From Candidatus Hydrogenedentota bacterium (GTDB taxonomy: Bacteria; Hydrogenedentota; Hydrogenedentia; Hydrogenedentales; SLHB01), in NCBI GenBank assembly GCA_045863295.1, contig BTWA01000009.1, forward strand, positions 32,001 through 96,000: DNA of 64,000 bases. The letters run 5' to 3'. Within the stretch, counting starts at the first letter, position 1, and every line of letters begins with the position of its first letter. The notes beneath the pieces were generated by a model. It did no database searches. It saw only the letters and a program-made list of their open reading frames with translations, and was not told where the DNA came from. Positions 19,294 to 28,784 of the stretch are shown here, one piece after another. The translations under genes were made by a program, and so were the position numbers.

Positions 19294-21075
19294 ATGGCCG
19301 ATCAGAAAAAGCCTGGAAATCGACCCGATAACACGGACGATTTCGGCACGGCAGACGTCGGGGACAGCGACTTCGGAGCCCTTACGGGTGATGAATCCGG
19401 CCTCGGTAACCTGCCCCCACTGAGCGATTTCGAATCGTCCGCGGGGGGAGATTTTGACAGCGGCTTGCCCCCACTCAGCGGCATTGACACACCGGGCCCA
19501 GACCGAGCCCGCGATTCGGTCGGCGGGTTACCCCCTATCAGCGACATTCCAGTGGACACGCCCATGCCCACAGGCGGGGCAATTCGGCCCAAGCCAGCCG
19601 GCTTCTCCGATTCGCCCGCATTTGAAACGCCTGGATCCGGCAGCGCGTTCGACACGCCCAGCGGCTCCCACTTCCAGGACCTCGCCGCAGACAGCGACTT
19701 CACGCCGGAGACCCCGGAGCTTGCGCCTCCCGGACCCGAATCCGATATCGACACGCCCATGTTCGACAGCGCCTTTGGCGGCGGCACGGACTTCGGCGAC
19801 ACCTCGGACACGTCCGCGCCCACCCAGGCGATGGAAACGCCCATGTTTGGTGTCGACGACGAACCCGGATTTGACGCGGATGCCTTTGGTGCCGGAATGG
19901 GCGGCGTACAAGTACGCGCGCAACAAGGAACTCCCATGCCAGACTTTTCTCCTGATACCGGTGCTCCCACGCACAGCCCGATGGCCCCCATGGCTCCGGC
20001 CGGAGGTGGAAAATCCAAGGGCGGCGGCGGTGGATTGTTGGTCGGTGTTGGCCTCGGTGTTGTCGGTTTGATTGCCGGTATCGTGGCGTCGCCGTTCCTC
20101 GCGAATACACTGAGCTTTCTGCCCAATCCTCAACTGACAAAGATTGGGGAGTTGGAGCAAGATATAGATCAGAAAGACCAACAAATCACCCGGCTGACTC
20201 AGATGGAGAGCACCGGACAAGCCGCTGGAATCAGCCCGGAAGACATGGACAAGCTGATCACCCAGAAGGAAGAGTTGGTTTCCAGCATTGAGCAACTGAA
20301 CACCCAACGCACTGATGTACAAACCAGCCTCGACACGCTGTCCGCCGATCGGGACAACGTCCAGAAGGACCTTGATGCGCTGAACGCTCAGTTTGCGCAG
20401 GCGCAGTCTGACTACGAAGAACTCGTGAACCAGACAGCCATCGTCACGGCGCGCCGTGACGGCCTCACGGCCGAGGTGGACCGCCTTGAAGGCCTTACGG
20501 GCCGCCTCGAAGACGCCAACCAGCGACGTGCCATGACGCTTGCCGCTTTGGTTAGCGACCTCGAAGAGCTGGAAGTGCTGATTCGCGAGGGATCGCCCTT
20601 GACCCCGCCCAGCTACAGCCGGGAAGCGCGCATCACCCGCATCCAGGATCTGAAGGGCAAGGCGCAAAGCGCCAAATGGGTCGATCCCGCGTTGTTGGAT
20701 GAATACACCAACATGTACCTGGATGAGTTGAAGATTGCTGGCACACGCGAATACTTCTACGCGAAGATCCCCGTACGCGACCGTTTCGGCACGCCGTCCG
20801 AGCAATGGGCCGAATGCCTGATGAACGGCAACTGGAGCGTCTACTACCGTACGCTCGACGGCAAGCATATCGGCGTGTTTGAAAACCTCGCCATGGAAGG
20901 AACGCCGAACTACGGGTTCAACGAGAAGCTTCCCAAGGAAGTCCAGCTTCGCATCGAACAGGAAGTGTTTGCCAAACGCCCGGTCGGGTTTGAACAGCAA
21001 CTCGTCCAACTCGCCGGCAAGCAAAACGTCCAGGACGAAAAATCGGATATGCAGCGCCTCTACGATTCGCTGTAA
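19294..21075 (+). CDS. Bitopic membrane protein: acidic disordered N-terminus, TM, coiled coil, C-terminal globular domain
   Basis: GGAGG SD; D/G/P/T-rich first ~240 aa; TM LLVGVGLGVVGLIAGIVA; heptad-rich region; terminator downstream. Confidence 0.8.
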   Translation: MADQKKPGNRPDNTDDFGTADVGDSDFGALTGDESGLGNLPPLSDFESSAGGDFDSGLPPLSGIDTPGPDRARDSVGGLPPISDIPVDTPMPTGGAIRPKPAGFSDSPAFETPGSGSAFDTPSGSHFQDLAADSDFTPETPELAPPGPESDIDTPMFDSAFGGGTDFGDTSDTSAPTQAMETPMFGVDDEPGFDADAFGAGMGGVQVRAQQGTPMPDFSPDTGAPTHSPMAPMAPAGGGKSKGGGGGLLVGVGLGVVGLIAGIVASPFLANTLSFLPNPQLTKIGELEQDIDQKDQQITRLTQMESTGQAAGISPEDMDKLITQKEELVSSIEQLNTQRTDVQTSLDTLSADRDNVQKDLDALNAQFAQAQSDYEELVNQTAIVTARRDGLTAEVDRLEGLTGRLEDANQRRAMTLAALVSDLEELEVLIREGSPLTPPSYSREARITRIQDLKGKAQSAKWVDPALLDEYTNMYLDELKIAGTREYFYAKIPVRDRFGTPSEQWAECLMNGNWSVYYRTLDGKHIGVFENLAMEGTPNYGFNEKLPKEVQLRIEQEVFAKRPVGFEQQLVQLAGKQNVQDEKSDMQRLYDSL

Positions 21076-21098
21076 GCCGGAAAGTAGAACGTCACAAC

Positions 21099-21130
21099 AA
21101 GCCGCACGCGATACCGCGTGCGGCTTTTTT
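21099..21130 (+). terminator. Rho-independent terminator
   Basis: AAGCCGCACGCG-atac-CGCGTGCGGCTT followed by a T run. Confidence 0.85.
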
Positions 21131-21168
21131 GTGTACTTGATACTAGGTTGATCACCTGGAGCACGGCC

Positions 21169-21531
21169 ATGGTTGTCTTCAGCAGGTATCTTGCACTCCT
21201 GTTCGGCATTGGTCTCGCCATCGGCGAAGCCGTGATCAATTGGGGACACTGGCAATACGCGCCCCTATGGATCGTGGACTACATTATCGCGGGCTGGCTG
21301 CTCCTCGGGTTTGTACGCACCCGCGACAAGGAGTGTGCAGGATCGTTGCAGGCCCCGTGGGCGTTTACGTGCGGCGTATTCTACATGGCGCTGTTTGTAA
21401 GCCTGAATCTGAAACGCGATCACCCTGAATTGTACGGACATTCAAATACCATGCTGTATCTCATCGGAGGTATGCTTCTGCTGGCACTGACAGGGCTGGC
21501 GACTGCAACCGTGGCGGCTAGAAAGTCATGA
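21169..21531 (+). CDS. Small four-TM membrane protein
   Basis: GGAG SD before ATG 21169; four hydrophobic segments; ATGA overlap with the GNAT gene. Confidence 0.65.
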   Translation: MVVFSRYLALLFGIGLAIGEAVINWGHWQYAPLWIVDYIIAGWLLLGFVRTRDKECAGSLQAPWAFTCGVFYMALFVSLNLKRDHPELYGHSNTMLYLIGGMLLLALTGLATATVAARKS

Positions 21532-21944
21532 TAGAAGGAATGACCGCAACTCCCGGGATGGCGACCGAATTGGCCCGCATGAACCAGAAACTAATAGCCG
21601 ACGAAGGCCATCGAAATCCCATGACGTTCGAAGAACTGCGGCAGCGCATGCTCGCGTGGCTATCCAGCGAATACGAAGCCACCGTACTTCGATGCGATGC
21701 CAAGACGGTAGGCTACGCCCTATTCCGCCGCGAAACCGAATTCATCTACCTGCGTCAATTCTGGATAGCCCCGGAGTACCGCCGGAGAGGCATCGGCCGG
21801 GCGGCCATTGCCTGGCTCGAAACGAACGTCTGGCACGGCCATCGAATCCGTCTCGACGTACTCGTCAACAACGCGCCGGGCATCGCATTCTGGCGCGCCG
21901 TTGGCTTCGAGGACTATTGTTTGACGATGGAAAAGAATGCCTGA
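21528..21944 (+). CDS. GNAT family N-acetyltransferase
   Basis: Acetyl-CoA motif PEYRRRGIG and NAPGIAFWRAVGF. Confidence 0.88.
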   Translation: MIEGMTATPGMATELARMNQKLIADEGHRNPMTFEELRQRMLAWLSSEYEATVLRCDAKTVGYALFRRETEFIYLRQFWIAPEYRRRGIGRAAIAWLETNVWHGHRIRLDVLVNNAPGIAFWRAVGFEDYCLTMEKNA

Positions 21945-21969
21945 AGCCCGGCATTACCCGCTGAACTGA

Positions 21970-23106
21970 CTAAGCCTTTTTCGGTTTCTTTACAAATTCC
22001 GTATACGAATCCACGAAGGACGCCTTAACCGATGCGGCCGCCTTGCGAATGGCCGCAGCCTCTTTCTCGCTAGTTACCGCGCCAAACTCAAGGGTCACTT
22101 TCTTCGATGCGCCCGGCCGCAGTGAATGCAGCAGACCCAACGCCTCATCCACATGCCGGCCCTCGACGCCGCAATTGCAGGGCTCGAACCCCACGACATA
22201 ATCTTGCTCGCCCATCTGTTTCCACACCACGAACCGCGGGAGTTCTTTCACGTTGTACCGGATGTACGTACCTAGGCCACAGCCACGCTTGAACCCGTCG
22301 TTCACGATTGCGGTTGTCGCAAACCCTTTCGCGTCTCCGGCGACATCGAGGTAATACACCTTCTCCTTGTACGCATGCACCGGCGGACCGCACTTCCACC
22401 AGGATTCCTTGCCGTTCCGTGCTTCCTCATCGCGCGGCGCGACATGCTTGACCGGCACAATCATTTCCGATCCGTCGTCCACCACCGGCCAGCCCATGTT
22501 GCAGTGATACAGCAACTGGTACGCAGTCTCGCTAAACCCCTCGTTGGTTATCACATCGTGCAACGTGAACGACGTGCTCCCAAGTTTTGTCGATATCGTG
22601 CGCGTTAGCGCCAGGTTCTCGCCGAATACCACGGTCTCGCGCATCGTCCCGGTTATCGATAATATATAGTCGTCACCCTGCCACTCTTGCCGGATCTGGA
22701 TGTTGCGCGCCGGTGCATGGCCGATGCGCCCGTGCAGTCCCGTGCCGAGCAACGCGGATTCCGGCCTCGGCGCGCCCACGTTCATCAAGCCGCACGTGGC
22801 CACCAGCCCGCCCGTGTAACTGCGCAGCCAGCGGATGCCTTCTGCCTCGTAATACTGCGGTGCGACGTCGCCGCACGTGGATCGCCAGCCCATGGCCTGT
22901 CCGTTGAAGGAAACCGACGAAATGTCCATGCACCGGTCCAGCAAAACCGTAAAGGCCAGACCGCTTCCCGTATGCACCAACGCCGCGCGCGACGGCCGTT
23001 CGTTGCCGTCGTCCAGTTGCACCGTGCGAATCGCCGCAATCTGATCCAGATTGCCAACCCGACGCCGCAAATCGGCAACGGTGTATTTCTTGCCATAAAT
23101 GTCCAT
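21970..23106 (-). CDS. Aldose 1-epimerase-like protein (DUF4432 family)
   Basis: TGSGLAFTVLLDRCMDI, GLVATCGL, LHGRI, LYHCNMGWP and GFEPCN motifs. Confidence 0.85.
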   Translation of the reverse strand: MDIYGKKYTVADLRRRVGNLDQIAAIRTVQLDDGNERPSRAALVHTGSGLAFTVLLDRCMDISSVSFNGQAMGWRSTCGDVAPQYYEAEGIRWLRSYTGGLVATCGLMNVGAPRPESALLGTGLHGRIGHAPARNIQIRQEWQGDDYILSITGTMRETVVFGENLALTRTISTKLGSTSFTLHDVITNEGFSETAYQLLYHCNMGWPVVDDGSEMIVPVKHVAPRDEEARNGKESWWKCGPPVHAYKEKVYYLDVAGDAKGFATTAIVNDGFKRGCGLGTYIRYNVKELPRFVVWKQMGEQDYVVGFEPCNCGVEGRHVDEALGLLHSLRPGASKKVTLEFGAVTSEKEAAAIRKAAASVKASFVDSYTEFVKKPKKA

Positions 23107-23130
23107 ATTGCCCCCAAGCCCCCGTTGTGA

Positions 23131-23262
23131 CTACAGGAAAATGCGATCAATCCAGTAAAAGAGATTCTCGATAATCTGTGGACTCCACGGCAACAGAAAA
23201 TTGTTGATATCCAGCCAGAAGAAGATCCACTGAAATACCGCATTGATGATAACCATCACCAT
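23131..23262 (-). CDS. Small hydrophobic Trp-rich peptide (43 aa), not in the ORF track
   Basis: Manual translation MVMVIINAVFQWIFFWLDINNFLLPWSPQIIENLFYWIDRIFL*. Fills the gap between same-strand neighbours; alternative start 23256. Confidence 0.55.
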   Translation of the reverse strand: MVMVIINAVFQWIFFWLDINNFLLPWSPQIIENLFYWIDRIFL

Positions 23263-23277
23263 ACCCCGCTGTTAACG

Positions 23278-23394
23278 TTACAAAACCGCAATAAACAAAT
23301 TAAATACGGACCGGAGAATGTTGAACCACTCGATCAGCAACTGAATCAGGCTGATGATGGGTCCACCAAAAAATGTCAGGTCGTCATACAACAT
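23278..23394 (-). CDS. Small hydrophobic peptide (38 aa)
   Basis: MLYDDLTFFGGPIISLIQLLIEWFNILRSVFNLFIAVL*; GGGAG SD 6 nt before ATG 23394; TATAAT on the minus strand at 23455-23460. Confidence 0.6.
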   Translation of the reverse strand: MLYDDLTFFGGPIISLIQLLIEWFNILRSVFNLFIAVL

Positions 23395-23503
23395 GCGCAT
23401 CTCCCAACTACACGCCTCGCGGAACCGCGCTGCAAGGCGTATCCCAAAAATCGTATTATACGGATATGCCGCCCGCAATGAACACGTGCCGGACCAACAC
23501 GAA

Positions 23504-25045
23504 ATGACGAATCACGAATACCCATGGACCGACATCCAACTGTGGATTGAACCTCTGCTCGCCGCGGCATACGCGGATACCGCAAACCCGGTCCGCGCCG
23601 GGGAATGGCTGGATACCCTACAACTCATTCTCGCGCTCGTGTCGCACGCCCAAATCGAAGAACACAACCCCGGCCCGTGGGTTGAGAGACTCGCCACTCT
23701 TCCCGATTGTCGAAAAGCCGTGGTCCTCTCCGGCAATGCCTCGCTCTGCCGTTGCGATGTGTCGCTCATGGACGCATGCGTGCGGCTTCTCATGCGTGGA
23801 GCCGAAATGTCGCGCGATTCGACGCCCGTTCTCGAACTCGTCATGGAAAAGGACACTCCTGCGTTGTCGCTCGGATTTGACGGGTTCGGGCGCATACCGG
23901 CCTCGCTGGAAATCGGCCATGGACTCCGGTTGCCGCGCAATCTCGTGGAACAAGCCTGGACCCGCGCAACCGGAGGCGGCCGAATCGATGCCGATGGCGG
24001 AGGACTCCTCTTGCGCCTGAAGGGCGTACGTATGATTCCCCCGGCGCTCCAGGAGGCAGACGACTGGAATCAACGCATCGCCGCTCTTCGGAGTGAACAA
24101 TCTCCAGACCCGGCCCTGTGGCTTTCGTGCCTGTCTGATTTGGCCCATTCAAAACCTGTCATGGAGCCTGTCTCACTCGATGGGCTTTTCCGCGCCGCGT
24201 ATAGCCGGCACCAACCCATGCTCGACGAAGCCGGGATTCGAGTGGAAACCGCGATTGACCCCGCACTTCCTCCCATAGCTGTACACAGAAACGTCCTCGG
24301 CCGCTCGTTCAGCCACCTGTGCATGGCCCTGCCGGCCTCACTTCCCAATGGCGGCGGTGCGTCACTCGCGCTTTCGTACGATTCACAGCGTTGGACCGTT
24401 GTACTCAGCGCGACCCTACGAGGCGACGGCATGCGAAGCGTACCGGAAATCTATCAAGCCGTATTCAAATGGATCTTCGAAACTTTGCACGACGGCCAAT
24501 GTGAATTCGGTCTGCAGGAGAACCACGTCACGGCAATCTGTACCCTGCCCGATCGGATCGGACGATCCGTCGAAACCTGGATTCCCGAAAGCAGGCATCT
24601 GGCCGATGCGTCGCGCAAAATGATCCGGCTCTTGAAGAGCGGCGGGCCCACGCCCCCCGAATCGTTCATCCTGGCGGGAGTATTGGAACAGGAATTGGAG
24701 CGATGGCTCATGCCGATGCTGTCCAGTCCCTTGATGGTAAACCTCGCGCACGAAATCGGAAACGGTGTGCAAAAATCGCCGCGTACGCACAACGATCGCC
24801 TCGAAAAAGTGCTGGCTCAAATCGCGCGCCGCAAACCCAAGAAAGAGATTTGCGCACCGGCGTATGCCGGCGTTCTGATTGCCGCGCTTGCAGACAACGC
24901 GCGAGGACGTCTTGCATTGGGCATGCCCGACACGGCTCAGGACAAGCTCCATCAACTGGCGGCTGCAATGTCAGCCGATCCCGTGGACGATCTGGGTGCG
25001 CTTCGTGCCGTAGCCCTCTTGCGCGCCCTGGCAAACCCCTCATGA
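23504..25045 (+). CDS. Hypothetical protein with degenerate histidine-kinase ATPase-like segments
   Basis: Long ORF; segment EAGIRVETAIDPALPPIAVHRNVLGRSFSHL resembles the pre-N-box of HATPase_c, but no H, N or G boxes are recognisable. Start uncertain. Confidence 0.6.
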   Translation: MTNHEYPWTDIQLWIEPLLAAAYADTANPVRAGEWLDTLQLILALVSHAQIEEHNPGPWVERLATLPDCRKAVVLSGNASLCRCDVSLMDACVRLLMRGAEMSRDSTPVLELVMEKDTPALSLGFDGFGRIPASLEIGHGLRLPRNLVEQAWTRATGGGRIDADGGGLLLRLKGVRMIPPALQEADDWNQRIAALRSEQSPDPALWLSCLSDLAHSKPVMEPVSLDGLFRAAYSRHQPMLDEAGIRVETAIDPALPPIAVHRNVLGRSFSHLCMALPASLPNGGGASLALSYDSQRWTVVLSATLRGDGMRSVPEIYQAVFKWIFETLHDGQCEFGLQENHVTAICTLPDRIGRSVETWIPESRHLADASRKMIRLLKSGGPTPPESFILAGVLEQELERWLMPMLSSPLMVNLAHEIGNGVQKSPRTHNDRLEKVLAQIARRKPKKEICAPAYAGVLIAALADNARGRLALGMPDTAQDKLHQLAAAMSADPVDDLGALRAVALLRALANPS

Positions 25046-25089
25046 TTCCCGCAAACGCGGGCCGTGCGCGGCAATAAGGGCATCCAAGA

Positions 25090-25472
25090 ACGCACGCGAC
25101 CGGCGAATAGTACCCGACCAAGAGGTGCCGCAACCTCACCACCACCCCGAGATATTCGCGATACACCCGTGGGGACTGAATCCATTCAAGCAGGGGAGGG
25201 TTCGACTCTCGGAACAGGCCCAGCGCCTTTCTCAAATCCCATCCGTTGATGTCCAGATTCCTCGCTATCGGCGGTTCGATGACAACGCGACCCGAATCCA
25301 GTGACAAATACCACGCAGGCCGGTGAATGTATAGAAAACGAACGTCGCTGTCCGTTGATGCGAATCCCCATGCGCGGCTGCCGGATTCGCAGGCATAAAG
25401 AATGCAGACATCCTCGTTGCGCTCGATTGGGTCGAGCCGGTGCCGCATTTCAGCGTGGACATGAAGCGACAT
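25090..25472 (-). pseudogene. Truncated YcgL/RlaP-like (Nuc-transf) nucleotidyltransferase remnant
   Basis: ILYACESGSRAWGFASTDSDVRFLY, GWDLRKAL and SNPPLLEWIQSP. The usual DSDYDVRF lacks YD, and similarity stops after ~128 aa. Confidence 0.75.
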
Positions 25473-25600
25473 ACGTCAATAGTACCGGATTCCGTGCGGT
25501 TTCCCGTGAGCGGGTTGTGGGCTCTTCTGTCGTTAGGCATTGTCGAACGGTGCTGGCCCGTGGTATACCGAATCCGGTCGATGAAAATAAGGGGAGCAGT

Positions 25601-26869
25601 ATGAAGTTCCAATTACAGTCCCATAGGCCATGGGCTCTACTGGCCTTTGCCTGTGTGCTCACTGCACTCCTGGCAGCTTGCCCGCTGATGGCGCCGCCGC
25701 CCGACGGCGATCCGGACCCCGATCCCAACGACGACGGTGACAACGGGGGACCCACCGAAGAACCCCCAATCGCCCTGCAACTCTATGCATCTGGTTTTTT
25801 TCAGCCCCTGTTTGTCGGTTCGCCCCCTGGAGACCTTCATCGCCTCTTCGTTGTCGAGCGCACAGGCAAGATCTGGATCATCAAGGATGGCGATCGGCTG
25901 TACACACCGTTTCTGGATGTCTCGACCCTCGTGCAAACCGCTGCCTTTGAGCAGGGCCTTCTCGGGTTGGCGTTTCACCCCCAGTACGCGCAGAATGGCT
26001 TTTTCTACATCGGCTACACTGAACTTGACGGCACGGTTGTACTCGCGCGCTACTCGCGAAGTCAGGCCAAGCCCAACGAGGCCGATCCGGCCACCGCGAA
26101 GATACTGCTGCGCGTTCCGCAGCCGCGAGCCAATCACAATGGCGGCATGGTCGCATTCGGACCGGACGGCTATCTGTATTTTGCGCCGGGCGACGGTGGC
26201 ACATCCGCCGGCCCGCAAAACACAGCTCAGATGCTCACCACGTTGCTGGGCAAGATGCTCCGCCTCGACGTCGATAACGGCGATCCCTATGCCATCCCGC
26301 CGGACAACCCTTTTGTAAACGATCCCAATGCGTTGGGCGAAATCTGGGCCTACGGTTTGCGCAATCCATGGCGCTGGAGTTTCGATTCGGATACCGGCGA
26401 CCTCTACATCGCCGACGTGGGGCAAAGCCACCGCGAAGAACTGAATTTCCAACCCGCCTCCAGCGCAGGCGGGCAAAACTATGGGTGGTACACCGCCGAG
26501 GGATTTGCCTGTCTCGGGGGCGGGGGCAACTGCGGCACGAACGACGGATTTACTCCGCCCATTCTGGATCTCACGCGCGATCTCGCCCAATCCATCACCG
26601 GCGGGTATGTCTATCGCGGCATCGCCATGCCCGGACTGCACGGAACGTATTTCTTCGGTGATTTCATGAGCAAACGCATCTGGTCCCTCAAATACGACGG
26701 CACCACCATTTCCAATTATCTTGATCGGACCACCGAACTCGCGCCCCCGGCCGGCTTGACCATCGCCAGCATTGCCTCCTTTGGTGAGGATGGATTCGGC
26801 GAAATCTACTTCTGTGACTTGTTGCAAGGCCGCATCTATAAAATCGTCCAAGCGGAGCCCGAATCGTGA
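25601..26869 (+). CDS. Glucose/sorbosone dehydrogenase (YliI-like) beta-propeller lipoprotein
   Basis: GGGGAG SD; lipobox LAAC; EQGLLGLAFHP, NHNGG..FGPDGYLY, GLRNPWRWSFD, ADVGQ and NYGW motifs. Confidence 0.9.
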   Translation: MKFQLQSHRPWALLAFACVLTALLAACPLMAPPPDGDPDPDPNDDGDNGGPTEEPPIALQLYASGFFQPLFVGSPPGDLHRLFVVERTGKIWIIKDGDRLYTPFLDVSTLVQTAAFEQGLLGLAFHPQYAQNGFFYIGYTELDGTVVLARYSRSQAKPNEADPATAKILLRVPQPRANHNGGMVAFGPDGYLYFAPGDGGTSAGPQNTAQMLTTLLGKMLRLDVDNGDPYAIPPDNPFVNDPNALGEIWAYGLRNPWRWSFDSDTGDLYIADVGQSHREELNFQPASSAGGQNYGWYTAEGFACLGGGGNCGTNDGFTPPILDLTRDLAQSITGGYVYRGIAMPGLHGTYFFGDFMSKRIWSLKYDGTTISNYLDRTTELAPPAGLTIASIASFGEDGFGEIYFCDLLQGRIYKIVQAEPES

Positions 26870-28125
26870 CACTGTCCGGATCGCGCAAAACGAAAACCTG
26901 CGTCGCCGCGTTGGCTCTGGTACTGCTTACCGGTACCGCCTCCATTCCCGGCTGTCCATTCTTTCCTCCACGGGAAGAAGAGGAAATCATCGTGCCCGGC
27001 GAATTGGAAGAGCCCGCGCTGGCACTTGAACTGTTCGCCACCGGATTCACACAACCCCTGTTCTTGACCTCGCCCCGCCTCGACTTCAGCCGTATCTTCG
27101 TTGTCGAGCGCGCCGGTTATATCTGGCTCATCAAAGGGGGTGACCGGCTCTTCACGCCATTCCTGGATATCTCCGCCATCGTGCTGACGACCAATCTCGA
27201 ACAGGGCCTGTTGGGCGTGGCGTTTCATCCCCAGTACGCGGTGAACGGCCACTTCTACATCACCTACGTCGAGGCCGGTGGGTCACTCGTATTGGCCCGG
27301 TACACCCGTATGGCCGGCAATCCAAATCTCGCCGACCCCGCCTCCGCGAAAGTCCTCATGACCATCGCGCAACCCCGCGCCAATCACAAGGGCGGAATGA
27401 TCGCCTTCGGCCCTGACGGCTACCTCTACTTCGGCACAGGCGACGGCGGAGGGGACGTCTGGTTCTCCAACGGCGCGCAAAAGCTAGATTCCCTGCTCGG
27501 AAAAATGCTCCGCATCGATGTCGACCACGGCGACCCGTATCAGATACCCCTGTCCAATCCGTTTATCCAAAATCCCAACGCGTTCGGCGAAATCTGGGCC
27601 ATCGGCTTTCGCAACCCATGGCGATGGAGCTTCGATTCCCTCACCGGCGATCTCTACATCGCCGACGTCGGCCTGCTTCACAAAGAAGAACTCAACTTTC
27701 AATCCGGCACCAGCCTCGGCGGTCAGAACTACGGCTGGTGGATCGCCGAAGGGTTCACCTGTGTCGACGGTCTCGGCACCTGCGGCACCAACGAAGGCTT
27801 CACGCCGCCCATCCTGGACCTCGGGCGCGACGTGGCGCGCGCCATCACCGGCGGCTACGTCTATCGTGGACTTGCCATGCCCGGACTCCGCGGCACCTAC
27901 TTCTTCGGCGACCACATCACCCGCCGCATCTGGTCCCTCGAATACGACGGCGCCGCCATCTCGAACTATATCGAACGCACCCAGGAACTCGCTCCGCCCG
28001 ACGGCCGCACCCTCGGCTTTCTGCCCTCGTTCGGACAGGACGCCCACGGCGAACTCTACCTCTGCGACTTCGCCGACGGCGAAATCTACAAAATCGTCCC
28101 CGCCGAAACCGCATGGAATTCATGA
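26866..28125 (+). CDS. Second glucose/sorbosone dehydrogenase-like lipoprotein (tandem paralog)
   Basis: Same motifs (EQGLLGVAFHP, NHKGG, GFRNPWRWSFD); GTGA overlap with the upstream copy. Confidence 0.9.
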   Translation: MTLSGSRKTKTCVAALALVLLTGTASIPGCPFFPPREEEEIIVPGELEEPALALELFATGFTQPLFLTSPRLDFSRIFVVERAGYIWLIKGGDRLFTPFLDISAIVLTTNLEQGLLGVAFHPQYAVNGHFYITYVEAGGSLVLARYTRMAGNPNLADPASAKVLMTIAQPRANHKGGMIAFGPDGYLYFGTGDGGGDVWFSNGAQKLDSLLGKMLRIDVDHGDPYQIPLSNPFIQNPNAFGEIWAIGFRNPWRWSFDSLTGDLYIADVGLLHKEELNFQSGTSLGGQNYGWWIAEGFTCVDGLGTCGTNEGFTPPILDLGRDVARAITGGYVYRGLAMPGLRGTYFFGDHITRRIWSLEYDGAAISNYIERTQELAPPDGRTLGFLPSFGQDAHGELYLCDFADGEIYKIVPAETAWNS

Positions 28126-28545
28126 TGCCTCGATTTCTGTACCGCCGCGCCAGGCAGGGGGGCGGTACTGGCGCGCCGGGAATGAATGATTGCGGCTTTG
28201 TAACTCCATTCGTGGTTCTTATGAGTTCAGAGTGAATGCTCCTCTTGGCAATGCCCCCTATAATATTGTCTTTCCGTTGCATTTCCTTAGCGGATTGAAA
28301 CAAGGGTAAATGATGGATATTCTCGGTTTGAACACTTGCGCCGAGGGCGTTTTCGTGATACGGTTTTATGATCGGGACACTCTTTGGTGACCGATAGGGT
28401 TTCCGCCCAATCCCGATTTGAAATGACTGCGCGATTCGAAGTTGAGACCTTGCGGTCATGGGGAACTGCACCCATTGGGCATGTGGCGGGTAATTTGGGC
28501 AGGGATACCCAGTCGACGTTAGGTCACATATTTCCTTTTGCATTC

Positions 28546-28784
28546 CGGCCTGAAGGGCCATCACATGATAGCCTGGGGCAACGCCCCAGGATCGGGGACA
28601 CACCTACGTCGAGCACTGAAAGTGCGGCACATCGGATTTGCACTATTGCGGCAGGCCGTGTGAACGACGAACCCCGCGCAGAATAATTTGTTACGCCCTT
28701 TCAGGGCTTGCGGTTTAGGGCGGGTGATCCCAGGGCGTCACTTCGTTTTGCCCTGGGCTAGTATGTTGCTGGCCTTTCAGGCCG
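28546..28784. repeat. REPIN-like long imperfect palindrome built from short REP hairpins
   Basis: Left arm CGGCCTGAAGGGCCA...AGCCTGGGGCAACGCCCCAGG...GCACTGAAAGTGCG; right arm CGCCCTTTCAGGGC...CCCAGGGCG...TTGCCCTGGGCT...TGGCCTTTCAGGCCG. Confidence 0.8.

Noticed and set aside
19528..21255. 575-aa minus-strand ORF
   Set aside because: Antisense shadow of the 19294..21075 gene with no recognisable motifs; such shadows are common at high GC.
24708..25089. C-terminal half of the 254-aa nucleotidyltransferase ORF
   Set aside because: Family similarity ends near 25090 and the rest is antisense to the 23504..25045 gene.
25637..26872. 411-aa minus-strand ORF
   Set aside because: Antisense shadow of the sugar dehydrogenase-like gene.
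27917..28603. 228-aa minus-strand ORF at the island edge
   Set aside because: It starts inside the REP palindrome and ends antisense to a real gene; no motif support.
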